41,045 nt of DNA from Gemmatimonadota bacterium (GCA_036679605.1 JAZDCZ010000121.1:1-41045), one strand, 5' to 3'. Positions 1 to 9,677 are shown, numbered from the stretch's first letter. Numbers and translations: made by a program. Notes: generated from the sequence alone by a model not told the origin.

Positions 1-47
1 TCCAGACCATGATCAGAGAGAGCCACATCCATCGTGTCCATCCCCAT
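1..47 (-). CDS. Possible 5' end of a gene running off the window edge (MGMDTMDVALSDHGL...)
   Basis: ATG at 47 on the minus strand directly after AAGGAGA, which is unusually short SD spacing. Only 15 codons are visible and the frame is ambiguous. Confidence 0.3.
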   Translation of the reverse strand, partial: MGMDTMDVALSDHGL

Positions 48-119
48 TCTCCTTCATCGCCCTGCTCACTAAACTAACAGTAGAAAGGTGTCTCACTCAT
101 ATTGGCAGAGAGGGCTTCG

Positions 120-593
120 TCAATCTTCAACATCGTCCCACAACGTGCGCGGGCGGTCGGCGAGCAGCTGTTGGGTCAGATCTTCGATCTGTTTCGCGGT
201 CTCCTTCTCTGACACGTCCTGCTGCTCAAGGAGCATGGAATGTGATGCCCGCTCAATTGTCTTTGTCGCGACCCTCCGCGCTTGACGCTGCACGAGATCT
301 TCCAAAGGGATCTTCGGGACAAGTGCGTAGACGAATTCGCAGCCAAGCGCAGCAGCCACCTTGCGGAGTGTTTGCAAGGATATCGTGCCGTCCACTTCGC
401 CCTTCTCGTACTGACTAGCGGCTGGCTGAGTCACGTTCATTCGACTCCCCAGCTGTCTAGTAGACATGCCAAGGCCTCGTCTAATCTCACTGATCCAGCC
501 CTTGCGCGGTGACGGCACCGTGCTAAGTGACTGAAGTTTTCGCAGCTTTTTGCTGAGCTGTCTAGCTAGCAGCCTATCTTGTTGCAGTGACAT
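120..593 (-). CDS. Mobile mystery protein A (XRE-family HTH regulator)
   Basis: PRKGWISEIRRGLGMSTRQLGSRMNVTQ...YEKGE...ISLQTLRKVAAALGCEFVYALVP...SHSMLLEQQ...LWDD matches the mobile mystery protein A pattern. Confidence 0.85.
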   Translation of the reverse strand: MSLQQDRLLARQLSKKLRKLQSLSTVPSPRKGWISEIRRGLGMSTRQLGSRMNVTQPAASQYEKGEVDGTISLQTLRKVAAALGCEFVYALVPKIPLEDLVQRQARRVATKTIERASHSMLLEQQDVSEKETAKQIEDLTQQLLADRPRTLWDDVED

Positions 594-610
594 AGGTTAT
601 CGTCTGTGAT

Positions 611-692
611 ATAAGTTATAGCTTATCAAATACCTATTGTACGATAAGTTACAACTTATTATTTGATGCCAAAAACACAAGCTATAGCTTAT
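611..692. promoter_or_regulatory. Three 16-bp palindromic operators with 33-bp period
   Basis: ATAAGTTATAGCTTAT (611-626), ATAAGTTACAACTTAT (644-659) and ACAAGCTATAGCTTAT (677-692) in an AT-rich region upstream of the HTH gene. Confidence 0.75.
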
Positions 693-862
693 TCCCTTCC
701 CAACCCGCTGCCGTGTCCTACTTGGGATCTTGGTCTTGGTCCCAGGCACAAACACCAGTCCGTCCTCGACGTAGAGTTGAGCCGGTCTGCTTTCGCTTTC
801 CGGTTTCCAATGGCAATATCTATGGGGTGGTGCCTGGCGCAGCGTCTTACCGAAAAGGAGCC

Positions 863-1669
863 ATGATGAAGACCCGCTTCTCAATGATGGCCGCCGCGTG
901 CGGTATGCTCCTGATTCCGGCAGGTGCTCGGAGTCAGGAAGTGTACTCACAGAGCGATATCGCGCGGTCGCGCGGTATTCAGCCGTCGCAGCAGAACTGC
1001 CCCAAGGTCAAGTATCCACCCAAACTGAGCAAGGCTGGCATCGGGGGGCGGGTGCGGATCGAGTTCGTGGTAGCCAGCGACGGTTTCGTAGATCCCGTCT
1101 CACTAAGGACCATAGAGTCGCCCGACCCCGCTCTCGAGCGCGCGACCCAGGTGATGCTGCTCAACTGCCGGTACAATCCGGGGCGATTAGCAGTGGACGG
1201 CGATCCGGTACCAGTGCGGATGCGCATGACAATGAACTTTGGGACTCGACCTCGGCCTCCTGTGGCGACACCGCCGCCAGATCTTACCACCCTCGATCTC
1301 GCTCAGATCTATTCACTCAACGACACCGAGAATGGTCGGCGCCTCATCACCACGCGCCCTAAGAAAATCAGCTGTCCGCGCTACGATCCCAAAACGCGAA
1401 CCGCCCGGGCGCGAGCCAAGGATCGCTATCAGCAGAATCGCCAGGGCGAATATATGCCGGTCAAAGTGGAAGCGGTGTTGGAAGTAGTCGTTGGCGTCAC
1501 GGGAACTCCCGAGAAGAAGCTGCTCAAAGTCATTCGCACGTCGGACAAATCGGCGGACGACCAGATCCTGCAGTGGGTCCAGTCGTGTCGCTTCACGCCG
1601 GGGAAGCTAGGTGATAATGCGGTCCGTGTCCGCATCGAGTTCCCGGTGACGTTCACGTATGTGCGTTAG
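863..1669 (+). CDS. Secreted protein with two TonB C-terminal domains
   Basis: AAGGAG then ATG at 863; signal peptide ending ARS-Q. Two TonB_C-like units: YPPKL...GRVRIEFVV...YNPG...PVPVRM and VLEVVVG...FTPG...AVRVRIEFPVTF. Confidence 0.8.
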   Translation: MMKTRFSMMAAACGMLLIPAGARSQEVYSQSDIARSRGIQPSQQNCPKVKYPPKLSKAGIGGRVRIEFVVASDGFVDPVSLRTIESPDPALERATQVMLLNCRYNPGRLAVDGDPVPVRMRMTMNFGTRPRPPVATPPPDLTTLDLAQIYSLNDTENGRRLITTRPKKISCPRYDPKTRTARARAKDRYQQNRQGEYMPVKVEAVLEVVVGVTGTPEKKLLKVIRTSDKSADDQILQWVQSCRFTPGKLGDNAVRVRIEFPVTFTYVR

Positions 1670-1702
1670 TAGTCACGCTCTTTCCAGTCTTAGGCGCCTC
1701 CC

Positions 1703-2164
1703 ATGAGCTTTCAATCACTTTTTACAGAAGCGTACGGCAATCTTCAGCTGGAGGGGACAGAGGTTGATGCGCTGCAAGGGGAAGAAATTAATATTGGCGA
1801 GGACTTTAGAGCACGGTTTGTTGTCTCCAACCTGTTCGGGATCGATGACACCACTGGCGTGCCGTCACCCGCCTTCCTGAATGTAAAGCTGGACGTTCGC
1901 GGAACTGCCTTCGCTGCAGTTGCGGGAGGCGATCAGGTCATTGACTTTACCGACAGACTCGAACCGGCACAGTCAGTCGGTCATTGGGTGCGGTTCAAAG
2001 CCCTTCAGGCATTGCCGTTAGTCCGAATTCGAGGAACCACCGTGATTGTCAATGCGCCGGAGCCGTTCGCCAAGGTCAGGGTGTCGGGACAGCTGGATAT
2101 CCAGGGCTACTTCACAATACAGCGGGACGCAAAGACGTTCACGACGCAAATATATGATGGTTAG
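1703..2164 (+). CDS. Hypothetical protein (beta-rich)
   Basis: 153-aa ORF filling the intergenic gap with protein-like composition and no recognised motif. Confidence 0.65.
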   Translation: MSFQSLFTEAYGNLQLEGTEVDALQGEEINIGEDFRARFVVSNLFGIDDTTGVPSPAFLNVKLDVRGTAFAAVAGGDQVIDFTDRLEPAQSVGHWVRFKALQALPLVRIRGTTVIVNAPEPFAKVRVSGQLDIQGYFTIQRDAKTFTTQIYDG

Positions 2165-2317
2165 TGCCCTTTGACGCTGGTCGGTACCTGCCTCAGCGTT
2201 GTTCCAGCCGCATCAAGTTGACAATGCCGAGTTGGAGGATGTTCATGTCAAGGAGCGGGCGTTGAAGCAGACTCAAGCGAAGGTTGAAAATTTGACGATA
2301 CGCCTGGAGCCCTGGAC

Positions 2318-3415
2318 ATGACCGAAACACAACTGGGGGCACCGGAAGACGCGTCCGACCTACAGGCACGACTTCTAAGTGGCGTCTCGCGAACCTTTGC
2401 GCTTACCATTCCAAGGCTTCCAGACCCACTTCGTCGAGTGGTATCCAATGCTTATCTGCTTTGCCGCATAGTTGACACGGTGGAGGACGAGCCCGAGCTA
2501 GACGAGAGAGAGAAGGATCGTTTCCTCAGACAGTTCGTGGGGATTGTACGGGATGGCGAAGCATCCGAAGCCTTTGCCGATGTCCTTCATCCCAGGTTGT
2601 CTGCCAACACGATTCCCCCCGAACATGACCTGATCCGAAAGGTTCCAGAGGTAATTCAGATCACTCGGAGCTTTGAACCCGGGCAACGGCGGGCACTGGC
2701 GAAATGCGTTCAGATCATGGCGACCGGAATGTCAGAGTTCCAACAGCGTGACAACTTCCGGGGCGTAGCCACGATGGACCAAATGGATCGCTACTGCTAT
2801 TTCGTGGCCGGCGTGGTGGGAGAAATGCTGACCGAATTATTTTGCTTGCACTCCAAAGCCATTGCGCGTCGTCGCGAGGAACTCTTGAGCTTGGCGGTGT
2901 CCTTTGGGCAGGGGCTCCAAATGACCAACATTTTGAAAGATGTCTGGGAGGATCTGGGGCGGGGTGCATGTTGGCTTCCTCGGTCGGTTTTTGCCCAACA
3001 CGGGTTTGACTTGGCCGCTGTGGACAAGACGCCGGACCGAACCGGGTTCGTTGCAGGCATGGACGAACTGGTGGGTGTCGCCCGAGGACACCTTTCCAAT
3101 GCACTGCGGTATGTTCTGTTGATTCCGAAATATGAAACCGGGATTCGATCCTTTTGTTTGTTGGCACTTGGGATGGCAGTTCTCACCTTGCGAAAAATTC
3201 ACGGACGCTCGGACTTTACAGCCGGCTCCCAAGTGAAGATTACGCGGAGAAGTGTGAGGGCGACGCTGACGGCAACGAACATCGCGGTTGGCCACGGTTG
3301 GATGTTGCGATCGCTCTTCGCGCTTGCGGGGCGCGGCGTCCCGTTCTCTTCCGTGCATGACCCTTTCAAGGGGTGCTGGGGTTCGACCCATCCGGAGATG
3401 GATCTCGAAGGCTAG
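2318..3415 (+). CDS. Phytoene/squalene synthase family protein
   Basis: VSRTFALTI, YLLCRIVDTVED, YCYFVAGVVG and LQMTNILKDVWED motifs. Confidence 0.92.
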   Translation: MTETQLGAPEDASDLQARLLSGVSRTFALTIPRLPDPLRRVVSNAYLLCRIVDTVEDEPELDEREKDRFLRQFVGIVRDGEASEAFADVLHPRLSANTIPPEHDLIRKVPEVIQITRSFEPGQRRALAKCVQIMATGMSEFQQRDNFRGVATMDQMDRYCYFVAGVVGEMLTELFCLHSKAIARRREELLSLAVSFGQGLQMTNILKDVWEDLGRGACWLPRSVFAQHGFDLAAVDKTPDRTGFVAGMDELVGVARGHLSNALRYVLLIPKYETGIRSFCLLALGMAVLTLRKIHGRSDFTAGSQVKITRRSVRATLTATNIAVGHGWMLRSLFALAGRGVPFSSVHDPFKGCWGSTHPEMDLEG

Positions 3416-3522
3416 ATCTCGAGATTCGGTGATAGAGGTCTGTTGTCTGATGCTCTAGCTAGTAGGCGCCCATCCGCTGCCGTCGGTGCGGCACAATCAC
3501 TGACCGGTCGGGTAAACCAGGA

Positions 3523-3996
3523 ATGAGGCTCCCACTCCTGCTTCTCGTCTCGTTCCTCATGTGGGTTTCAGCCTTAGAGGCCCAAACACTCCGGGGACTC
3601 GTGACCGGCGGGGATTCGGCCGTCCGGCTGCCACACGCCGAGGTGGTGGTGAGGACCATGCTGGGCGAGCCGGTGGCACAGGACAGCACCGACATGAAGG
3701 GTGACTTCATCCTCGAGTTGGATCGTCCCGGTACGTACATGCTGTCGGTTCGGTACAAGGGTTATGCGCCAGCGCGCGATTCGCTGCGACTCAAGACCAA
3801 TCAGATCGTCGATCTCATCGTGCAACTGAAGACGAGTGCTGCGGCGTTGGCGCTGTTTGCTGCAACACCGCTCGAGCCAGTCATCGTTACAGGTGTTATA
3901 GCAAACAGCGAACGACATAGAGAGTTTCTCGATCGCCGCGCCACGCCCGCAAGACTGCATTCATTCTTGATTGATACCGTGGACCCTGGGTGGTAG
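3523..3996 (+). CDS. Secreted carboxypeptidase-regulatory-like domain protein, probably C-terminally truncated
   Basis: Signal peptide; AQTLRGLV...TDMKGDF...PGTYML. It ends shortly after LEPVIVT...FLDRR, where a plug domain usually follows. Confidence 0.65.
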   Translation: MRLPLLLLVSFLMWVSALEAQTLRGLVTGGDSAVRLPHAEVVVRTMLGEPVAQDSTDMKGDFILELDRPGTYMLSVRYKGYAPARDSLRLKTNQIVDLIVQLKTSAAALALFAATPLEPVIVTGVIANSERHREFLDRRATPARLHSFLIDTVDPGW

Positions 3997-4015
3997 TGAA
4001 TAGTTGTGGATAATC

Positions 4016-4043
4016 TGACTAATTATGACTATATTATGACTAT
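4016..4043 (+). promoter_or_regulatory. TA promoter/operator: tandem ATTATGACTAT repeats overlapping a TATATT -10 box
   Basis: ATTATGACTAT at 4022-4032 and 4033-4043, extra TGACT at 4016-4020. TATATT at 4030-4035 lies 6 nt before ATG 4042. Confidence 0.55.
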
Positions 4044-4302
4044 GAAAACAGTTAAGACGGCGGATCTAAAAGCTCACCTGAGCGAGCACCTGCACTATGT
4101 GCGAGGTGGACGCAGCATCACTGTCTTGAGCCACAACACGCCCGTGGCCCAGCTCGTGCCACCCGAGAGGGAAGAAGCTACCCGCATACGCCAGCCGCTC
4201 GCGCACTGCCGTTCGCTGCAAGATGTTGCGCTGCCGCCCCCGCTTGCCTTGGGGATGGACATCGTCGAGTTGCTGCTGGAGGAACGTCAGGGCGAACGGT
4301 GA
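4042..4302 (+). CDS. Phd/YefM family antitoxin
   Basis: MKTVKTADLKAHLSEHLHYVRGGRSITVLSHNTPVAQLVP; 4-nt overlap with the downstream PIN gene. Alternative start at 4036. Confidence 0.88.
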   Translation: MKTVKTADLKAHLSEHLHYVRGGRSITVLSHNTPVAQLVPPEREEATRIRQPLAHCRSLQDVALPPPLALGMDIVELLLEERQGER

Positions 4303-4727
4303 TCGCATATCTCGACTCTTCGGTAGTGCTCCGTGTGATACTGGGGCAGCCGGACAGGCTTCCGCAGTGGGACTCTGTAGAGACCGCCGTGACGAGTGCA
4401 CTGTTGGAGGTTGAGTGTCTGCGCACGCTGGATCGGCTCCGCCTTGTGCGAGATGTCACGGATCCCGATCTGGCTCTGCGGCGTGAAACTGTCTACCGAC
4501 TCACCGAGGAGATGCACGTGGTCGAGCCGAGTAGCGTGGTGCTCGAGCGGGCGGCTCTACCACTACCTACACCATTGGGCACACTCGACGCGATCCATCT
4601 GGCCACCGCACTGGTGTGGCGCGAGCTTCGGGGACAGGAGATAGTGATGGCCACGCATGACGTGGCGCTTGGCACGGCGGCGCGAGCGTGCGGTCTGCGT
4701 GTGCTGGGCCTCGAGTTAGAGCAGTGA
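4299..4727 (+). CDS. vapC: VapC/PIN-domain toxin
   Basis: AYLDSSVVL...LLEVEC...LGTLDAIHLATA...ATHD, the PIN acidic residues. Confidence 0.9.
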   Translation: MIAYLDSSVVLRVILGQPDRLPQWDSVETAVTSALLEVECLRTLDRLRLVRDVTDPDLALRRETVYRLTEEMHVVEPSSVVLERAALPLPTPLGTLDAIHLATALVWRELRGQEIVMATHDVALGTAARACGLRVLGLELEQ

Positions 4728-4736
4728 CGCAATGGT

Positions 4737-5828
4737 TTGCGGGCTCATAATGACAACACCGGGGTAGGGAAGTGGGATCGTCATGAGTGCCGTCACATTA
4801 CAGTTACTCACACTCCTTCCTGCGGCCGAGTCATCAAGCTCACTTTCGACACCGGAACCAATCTGGTTTGGCTAATAAGCCTCGCGATCTCAATTCTCGG
4901 ATGCAATGAATCGGATCGGGATTCCGGCACCGTCTTCTCTGATAGTGCGGGCGTGGTGATTGTCGAAAACCGAGCGCCACAGTGGAGCAATGCAGATGCC
5001 TGGCACGTGGGTGCTCTAGTCTTGGACATCGGCGGGCTCGAGGATCCCGACTACGAGTTCGAGAGCATAGTAAACGCCGTGCGGATCGCAGGCGACAGGA
5101 TCGCGGTGGCGGATGCGGGAGCCCTTAACATTCGTATCTACGATTCACTTGGCAGTTTTTTGGAGTTGGGGGGGCGCAAGGGAGAAGGTCCCGGCGAGTT
5201 CAAATCGGTCAGCGGCATGATCGGGTACCATGGCGATTCCCTTGCGGTCTACGACGCGGGTACGAGACGCATCTCGCTGTTCGACTCCGATCTTGCGTTC
5301 GGTCGATCGATCACCATCACACCACCCGATGAAACGCCCGGAGTAGCTCCGGTCGGTGTCTTTGCCGATGGAAGTTGGCTGCTGTCGGGCCTGCCATTTG
5401 GATCCTTCATGCTGAACAGGTCGCCATCGGGCCTGGCGCGTGTAGGGCTGGTGTTGTTCCGCTACGATCCCGATGTACACAAGGCCGATCGCCTGCGTGA
5501 AGCTCCGGGAATGGAGCTCCACGTCTGGAGCGAAGGCGGTGGTATCCCTCAGACATCTCTCCCGATGTTCTACCGAACGTCGGACGCAGGCATGTATCGG
5601 GACGGTTACTACCTCGTATCGAGCGATACATACGAGCTGCGGTTTTACGACGACGACAACCGGCTGGTTCGCGTTGTGCGAAAGTTTGGTGTTCGACAAG
5701 ATGTAACGACTGCTGCAACAGTGAAACCTTCCCGCCCCGCTCGGTGTTACAATAAATGGCGCACGAGCGGGCATCACCACCCGTCTCTCCCACTACATGA
5801 ATCCCCACGTGGCCTGCGGCCGCGTTAG
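4737..5828 (+). pseudogene. 6-bladed beta-propeller lipoprotein, start uncertain and C-terminus apparently lost
   Basis: Lipobox-like ILGC, DSAGVVIVEN, GRKGEGPGEF and GDSLAVYD. The translation becomes non-protein-like after ~5710, and no good start or RBS precedes the signal peptide. Confidence 0.6.
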
Positions 5829-5860
5829 GCTGCAATAGGCCGTCAAAATGTGTTCGATAC

Positions 5861-5895
5861 GTCGATGCTAGCGCCCTCCAGGGGAGGGCATCGAC
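5861..5895. other. Strong intergenic hairpin
   Basis: GCCCTCC-AGG-GGAGGGC flanked by GTCGAT/ATCGAC; no U-tract. Confidence 0.4.
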
Positions 5896-5941
5896 AGAAC
5901 CTCAACGACGGTCGGGTCGGCCGGTAACAAATGGGGCATTC

Positions 5942-6310
5942 ATGAACTGCAGAGCCATCGATATCAAGTTTTTATTTACACCGGGGTGTGAGAACACCGA
6001 GCCGGCGCTGGCGTTGTTGCGAGAAGTCTTGAGGCTGGAGGAATGCCCGGCGGAGATCACCGTTCGCAAGATCGCTACCGAGGCCGACGCGATAAGATAC
6101 CGCTTCCGGGGGTCGCCCACGATCCTGATTGATGGCGTGGACATAGAGGGTCCTTCCCGCAACCATCTCGACAAGCGTCCGTCGTGCCGTGTATTCGGCC
6201 TCAGGGCCGGACACTCCGGAGTGCCCGAAGCCTCAGCGATCAAGGACGCCCTGCACACGCATCCGGCCAAGCGACGGCCGTCTGTGCCGGTGATGAGGGC
6301 GCCGCATTAG
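5942..6310 (+). CDS. Thioredoxin-fold protein (DUF2703-like)
   Basis: FLFTPGCEN, FRGSPTILIDGVDI and SCRVF motifs. Confidence 0.75.
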   Translation: MNCRAIDIKFLFTPGCENTEPALALLREVLRLEECPAEITVRKIATEADAIRYRFRGSPTILIDGVDIEGPSRNHLDKRPSCRVFGLRAGHSGVPEASAIKDALHTHPAKRRPSVPVMRAPH

Positions 6311-6353
6311 GCCGACCCCAGCTCCCCACCAAAGCGCGAGTGAGACCCAGCGA

Positions 6354-7811
6354 TCAGTCTTCCATCACCGGGTGACCCCACATGTCGCGGATTTCGATCT
6401 CACCTTCGCCGAGTGCTGCGACACCCTCCTCGATCTTGGCTCTGTCACCCACGAGCACCACCACGAAGTTTTCGGGGTTTATGTACTCGCGCGCGACGCG
6501 CTGCACGTCTTCGATCGTCACGGCATTGATCTGGGGAATGATCTGCTCGTGGTAATCGAGAGGTAGCCCGTACTGAAGCAGATTGATGTACTGGCCGGCT
6601 GTGCCACCTGTGGTCTCGAACCTGGCGGGCAATCTCAGAGCAATGTACGACTTGGCTTTATCCAGTTCTTCTGAGGTGACTGCGTCGTCTCGGATGCGAC
6701 GCAGCTCATAGAAAAACTCAATCAACGAACTGTCTGTCTTGGCGGTCACTACCGACGCAGCGGCACTGAACGGCCCGGCCATGCGCCGACGAGTGAAGCC
6801 CGATCTTGCACCGTAGGTATAACCTTTGGTCTCCCGCAGGTTGTTATTGAGGCGGGATGTAAACGATCCGCCGAGGATCGTGTTCATCACCTGCAGGGCG
6901 GCATCGTCTTGGGTGTGCTGTGAGACACCGAGATGTCCCATTCGTACGACTGTCTGTGCCGCACCCGGTTTATCGACCAGGTAGAAGGTGCGCTTGCCGG
7001 GTTCCGGTGGCGCGATTTCCGGCTTCTGTGGAAGCGGTCCACGGGTCCATGCACCGAACCGCACCGCAATCATCTCGCGCACTTCGTCGAGCGTGACATC
7101 TCCTACAACGAGTACCTGCGCACCATTTGGCTTATAAAACGTGTCGTAGAATCCTATCACGCGATCGCGGTCCAGCATTGCGGTCGATTCCGTCGTTCCG
7201 TTCACAGGCCGGCCGTACGGGTGCTCGCCCCCGTAAACCAGACCTGCGTAGGCAATAGCCGCCATAGTCGTCGCCCGGTCCTGCTGTTGCAGGATCTGGG
7301 TAGCGCGCAGATCTCGCTGACGCGTGACCTCTTCCTCCTTGAAGTCGGGATGCAGAGCGACATCAGCCATGAGGCTGAGTGCAGCGGCGAACTGGCTGCG
7401 GGGAACAGCGAGAGTTATTCCTGCGCCATCGTGGCTGGCAAACGTGTTCATTCTGGCACCAAGGAACGCAACTTCATCAGCGATACCGAGTGCACTGCGT
7501 CCGCCGGCACCCTCATCCAGCATATTTGCTACAAACGTTGCCAGACCTGTTAGGTCGGCGGGGTCGCGCTCAGAACCCGCATCGAGAATGAGCCGTAGGT
7601 TGACGACCGGGACCTCGTGCATCTCGACTACAGATATCTCCAGCCCGTTGGACAGAGTGGTCTGCTGAATTTCAGGGAGGCTGAGTTCGGGCGGCGGCCC
7701 GAGTTCGGGTGGTCTGCTGCGGTCCAAGTCCTGTGCCAACGCTCCAAGGGGAGTAAGTAGGACGAGCGTGCCGGCAATCGCAGCCCATCTGACAGTTGTA
7801 CGCGCAATCAT
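6354..7811 (-). CDS. M16 family peptidase, non-catalytic subunit
   Basis: DRSRPP, LSNGL, GLATFVANMLDEG (no HXXEH), ILGGSFTSRLNNNLRETKGYTYG; signal peptide. Confidence 0.92.
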   Translation of the reverse strand: MIARTTVRWAAIAGTLVLLTPLGALAQDLDRSRPPELGPPPELSLPEIQQTTLSNGLEISVVEMHEVPVVNLRLILDAGSERDPADLTGLATFVANMLDEGAGGRSALGIADEVAFLGARMNTFASHDGAGITLAVPRSQFAAALSLMADVALHPDFKEEEVTRQRDLRATQILQQQDRATTMAAIAYAGLVYGGEHPYGRPVNGTTESTAMLDRDRVIGFYDTFYKPNGAQVLVVGDVTLDEVREMIAVRFGAWTRGPLPQKPEIAPPEPGKRTFYLVDKPGAAQTVVRMGHLGVSQHTQDDAALQVMNTILGGSFTSRLNNNLRETKGYTYGARSGFTRRRMAGPFSAAASVVTAKTDSSLIEFFYELRRIRDDAVTSEELDKAKSYIALRLPARFETTGGTAGQYINLLQYGLPLDYHEQIIPQINAVTIEDVQRVAREYINPENFVVVLVGDRAKIEEGVAALGEGEIEIRDMWGHPVMED

Positions 7812-9208
7812 GGGAGCACCTTCCTTGTGGCCGCAAGTTCTGTTTTACCCCTGGGCACGACACTCAACACCACACGGTTTGCGTCGACGAGGTACCGTTG
7901 GGCAACTCGCATAACGTCGTCTGCGGTTACGTTGGCGTAGCGTTGGAGATCCTGGCTGAAGTAGTCCGGCTCACCGGCAAAATAACTGTACTGGTTCAGG
8001 CGGTTGGCTTTTCCGCCAAAACCGCCCACTCGTTCCATGCTCGAAAGAAACTGTGACTCTATTTGATTCTTGATCCGTTGCAGCTCTCGTTCGGTCGGGC
8101 CGGACTCTGCAAGTTGCCGGACTTCCTCGTCGACCAGTGCTTGAATCTCGTTCAGGTCGTGCCCCTTACGGGCTGTGGCAAAGATCTCGAACATTCCATC
8201 GAGACGACCGTTGTCGAGGAACGCAGCTACCTGGGTCGCGATCTGAAGATCGTAAACCAGGCGACGATAAAGTCGCGAAGGCTTTCCACGCGTCAGGATG
8301 CTTGCCAGAACATCGAGTGCGGCCTCATCTGTGTCGAACACCTTGACTGCATGCCACGAGTTGTAGAGTCTGGGCAGCTGCACGCGGTCTTCCATCGTGT
8401 GATAAATGTCGTCGTCGAGGTGAACGTCCGGTACCGAGGGACGGTCCATTTCAGGACCCGACGGGATCTCCCCGAAGTATTTCTCTACAAGTGTACGCGC
8501 CTCATTGAGGTTGATGTCGCCGGCGATCACGATGCTGGCGTTGTTGGGTGCATATGCGCGACGGAAGAATTCACGTACGTCGTCCAGCGTGGCGGCCGAA
8601 AGGTCGGCCATCGATCCGATCACGGGCCAGCTGTACGGATGGTCTGCCGGGTAGAGCCGACTCAGAATGTTTTCGCTTGCCATCCCGTATGGTCGGTTCT
8701 CATAACTCTGCCGGCGTTCGTTTTGGACAACACCGCGTTGTAAGTCCACCTTGGCAGAGTCGATCTCGGGGAGCAGGAAGCCCATGCGATCCGAATCGAG
8801 ATAAAGCATGAGCGGGAGCGTGTTGCTGGGTCCGTCCTCGTAGTAGTTAGTGCGGTCTTCGGTAGTCGAGCCGTTGTTCGTCGCACCGGCCGCTTCGAGG
8901 AAGATGTCGAACTCGCCAGTGGCGACGTGTTCCGAGCCCATGAACATCAGATGTTCGAAGAGGTGTGCGAACCCGGTTCTGCCGGGAAGCTCATCGCCCG
9001 AACCAGCATGGTACCAACTGTTGACGGTCACTATCGGAACGGAGTGATCCTCGTGCAGGATTACCTCGAGCCCGTTTTCCAGAGTGAAACGTTGGTACGG
9101 TACTTCCAGTTGCTGCGCCAGCGCAGGCACCGAAAACACCGCAGCAAGTACGCCTGTCAGAACTGAGCGCCTCACAATTAGCCCGACGCGATTGGATAGC
9201 GTGTGCAT
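7808..9208 (-). CDS. M16 family zinc peptidase, catalytic subunit
   Basis: GRTGFAHLFEHLMF (HXXEH), NGSTTEDRTNYYE, NERRQ; overlaps its partner by 4 nt. Confidence 0.95.
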   Translation of the reverse strand: MHTLSNRVGLIVRRSVLTGVLAAVFSVPALAQQLEVPYQRFTLENGLEVILHEDHSVPIVTVNSWYHAGSGDELPGRTGFAHLFEHLMFMGSEHVATGEFDIFLEAAGATNNGSTTEDRTNYYEDGPSNTLPLMLYLDSDRMGFLLPEIDSAKVDLQRGVVQNERRQSYENRPYGMASENILSRLYPADHPYSWPVIGSMADLSAATLDDVREFFRRAYAPNNASIVIAGDINLNEARTLVEKYFGEIPSGPEMDRPSVPDVHLDDDIYHTMEDRVQLPRLYNSWHAVKVFDTDEAALDVLASILTRGKPSRLYRRLVYDLQIATQVAAFLDNGRLDGMFEIFATARKGHDLNEIQALVDEEVRQLAESGPTERELQRIKNQIESQFLSSMERVGGFGGKANRLNQYSYFAGEPDYFSQDLQRYANVTADDVMRVAQRYLVDANRVVLSVVPRGKTELAATRKVLP

Positions 9209-9300
9209 TAGATCTCCTCTTTGTCGGCGATACGGAACGTAGGGTAATTACCCTGTTGGTGTTCTGCCAGTTCCGCAGTCTCGGACTTCGGGGCCAATCT

Positions 9301-9348
9301 GCAGATCTTTCTAGGAGGAACCCGCGTCCTAAAGATCATCCGCGGCAG
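9301..9348 (-). repeat. Palindromic repeat family copy R1 (partial)
   Basis: Minus strand reads CTGCCGCGGATGATCTTTAGGACGCGGGTTCCTCCTAGAAAGATCTGC, similar to R2-R4. Confidence 0.65.
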
Positions 9349-9419
9349 TACGCGAGTGACGAGTGCTGGTGATGTGGTCGAAGAATCAGATAGGTCGGAA
9401 TAATGCCGTCAAATCAATC

Positions 9420-9677
9420 TTAAAGGGTACCGAAGTCGAGGCCGACCAGATCACGTGCTCTCGCAATGTCGGCCGGTGAGCTGAGTACGCATCCGATCGG
9501 ATATCGCTCGAGATGAGTGAAGAGGGCGGTGGCGATGCGCATTACAATCTGCTGGTGCCATAGGCGCGGCGCGGGGGTCACGAGGAGTTCCCCGTGCACT
9601 GTCTCGTAACGGTTGCCGTCGTCCGGAAGGGCCCGTACCATTTCTGCTGTGTGGTAGATCGGGGCTGCCATACCCAT
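9420..9677 (-). pseudogene. Uma2 family (DUF820) endonuclease, N-terminal fragment
   Basis: HTAEMVRALPDDGNRYETVHGELLVTPAPRLWHQ...SPADI, then an early stop; the PD...VEV core is missing. Confidence 0.8.

Noticed and set aside
2318..3415. Terpene biosynthetic gene cluster
   Set aside because: The synthase is solitary, with no desaturase, cyclase or prenyltransferase genes nearby.
5701..5830. Possible integron attC site (ATGTAAC...GTTAGGC)
   Set aside because: The left end does not fit RYYYAAC, L-box complementarity is poor, and there is no intI or second similar site.
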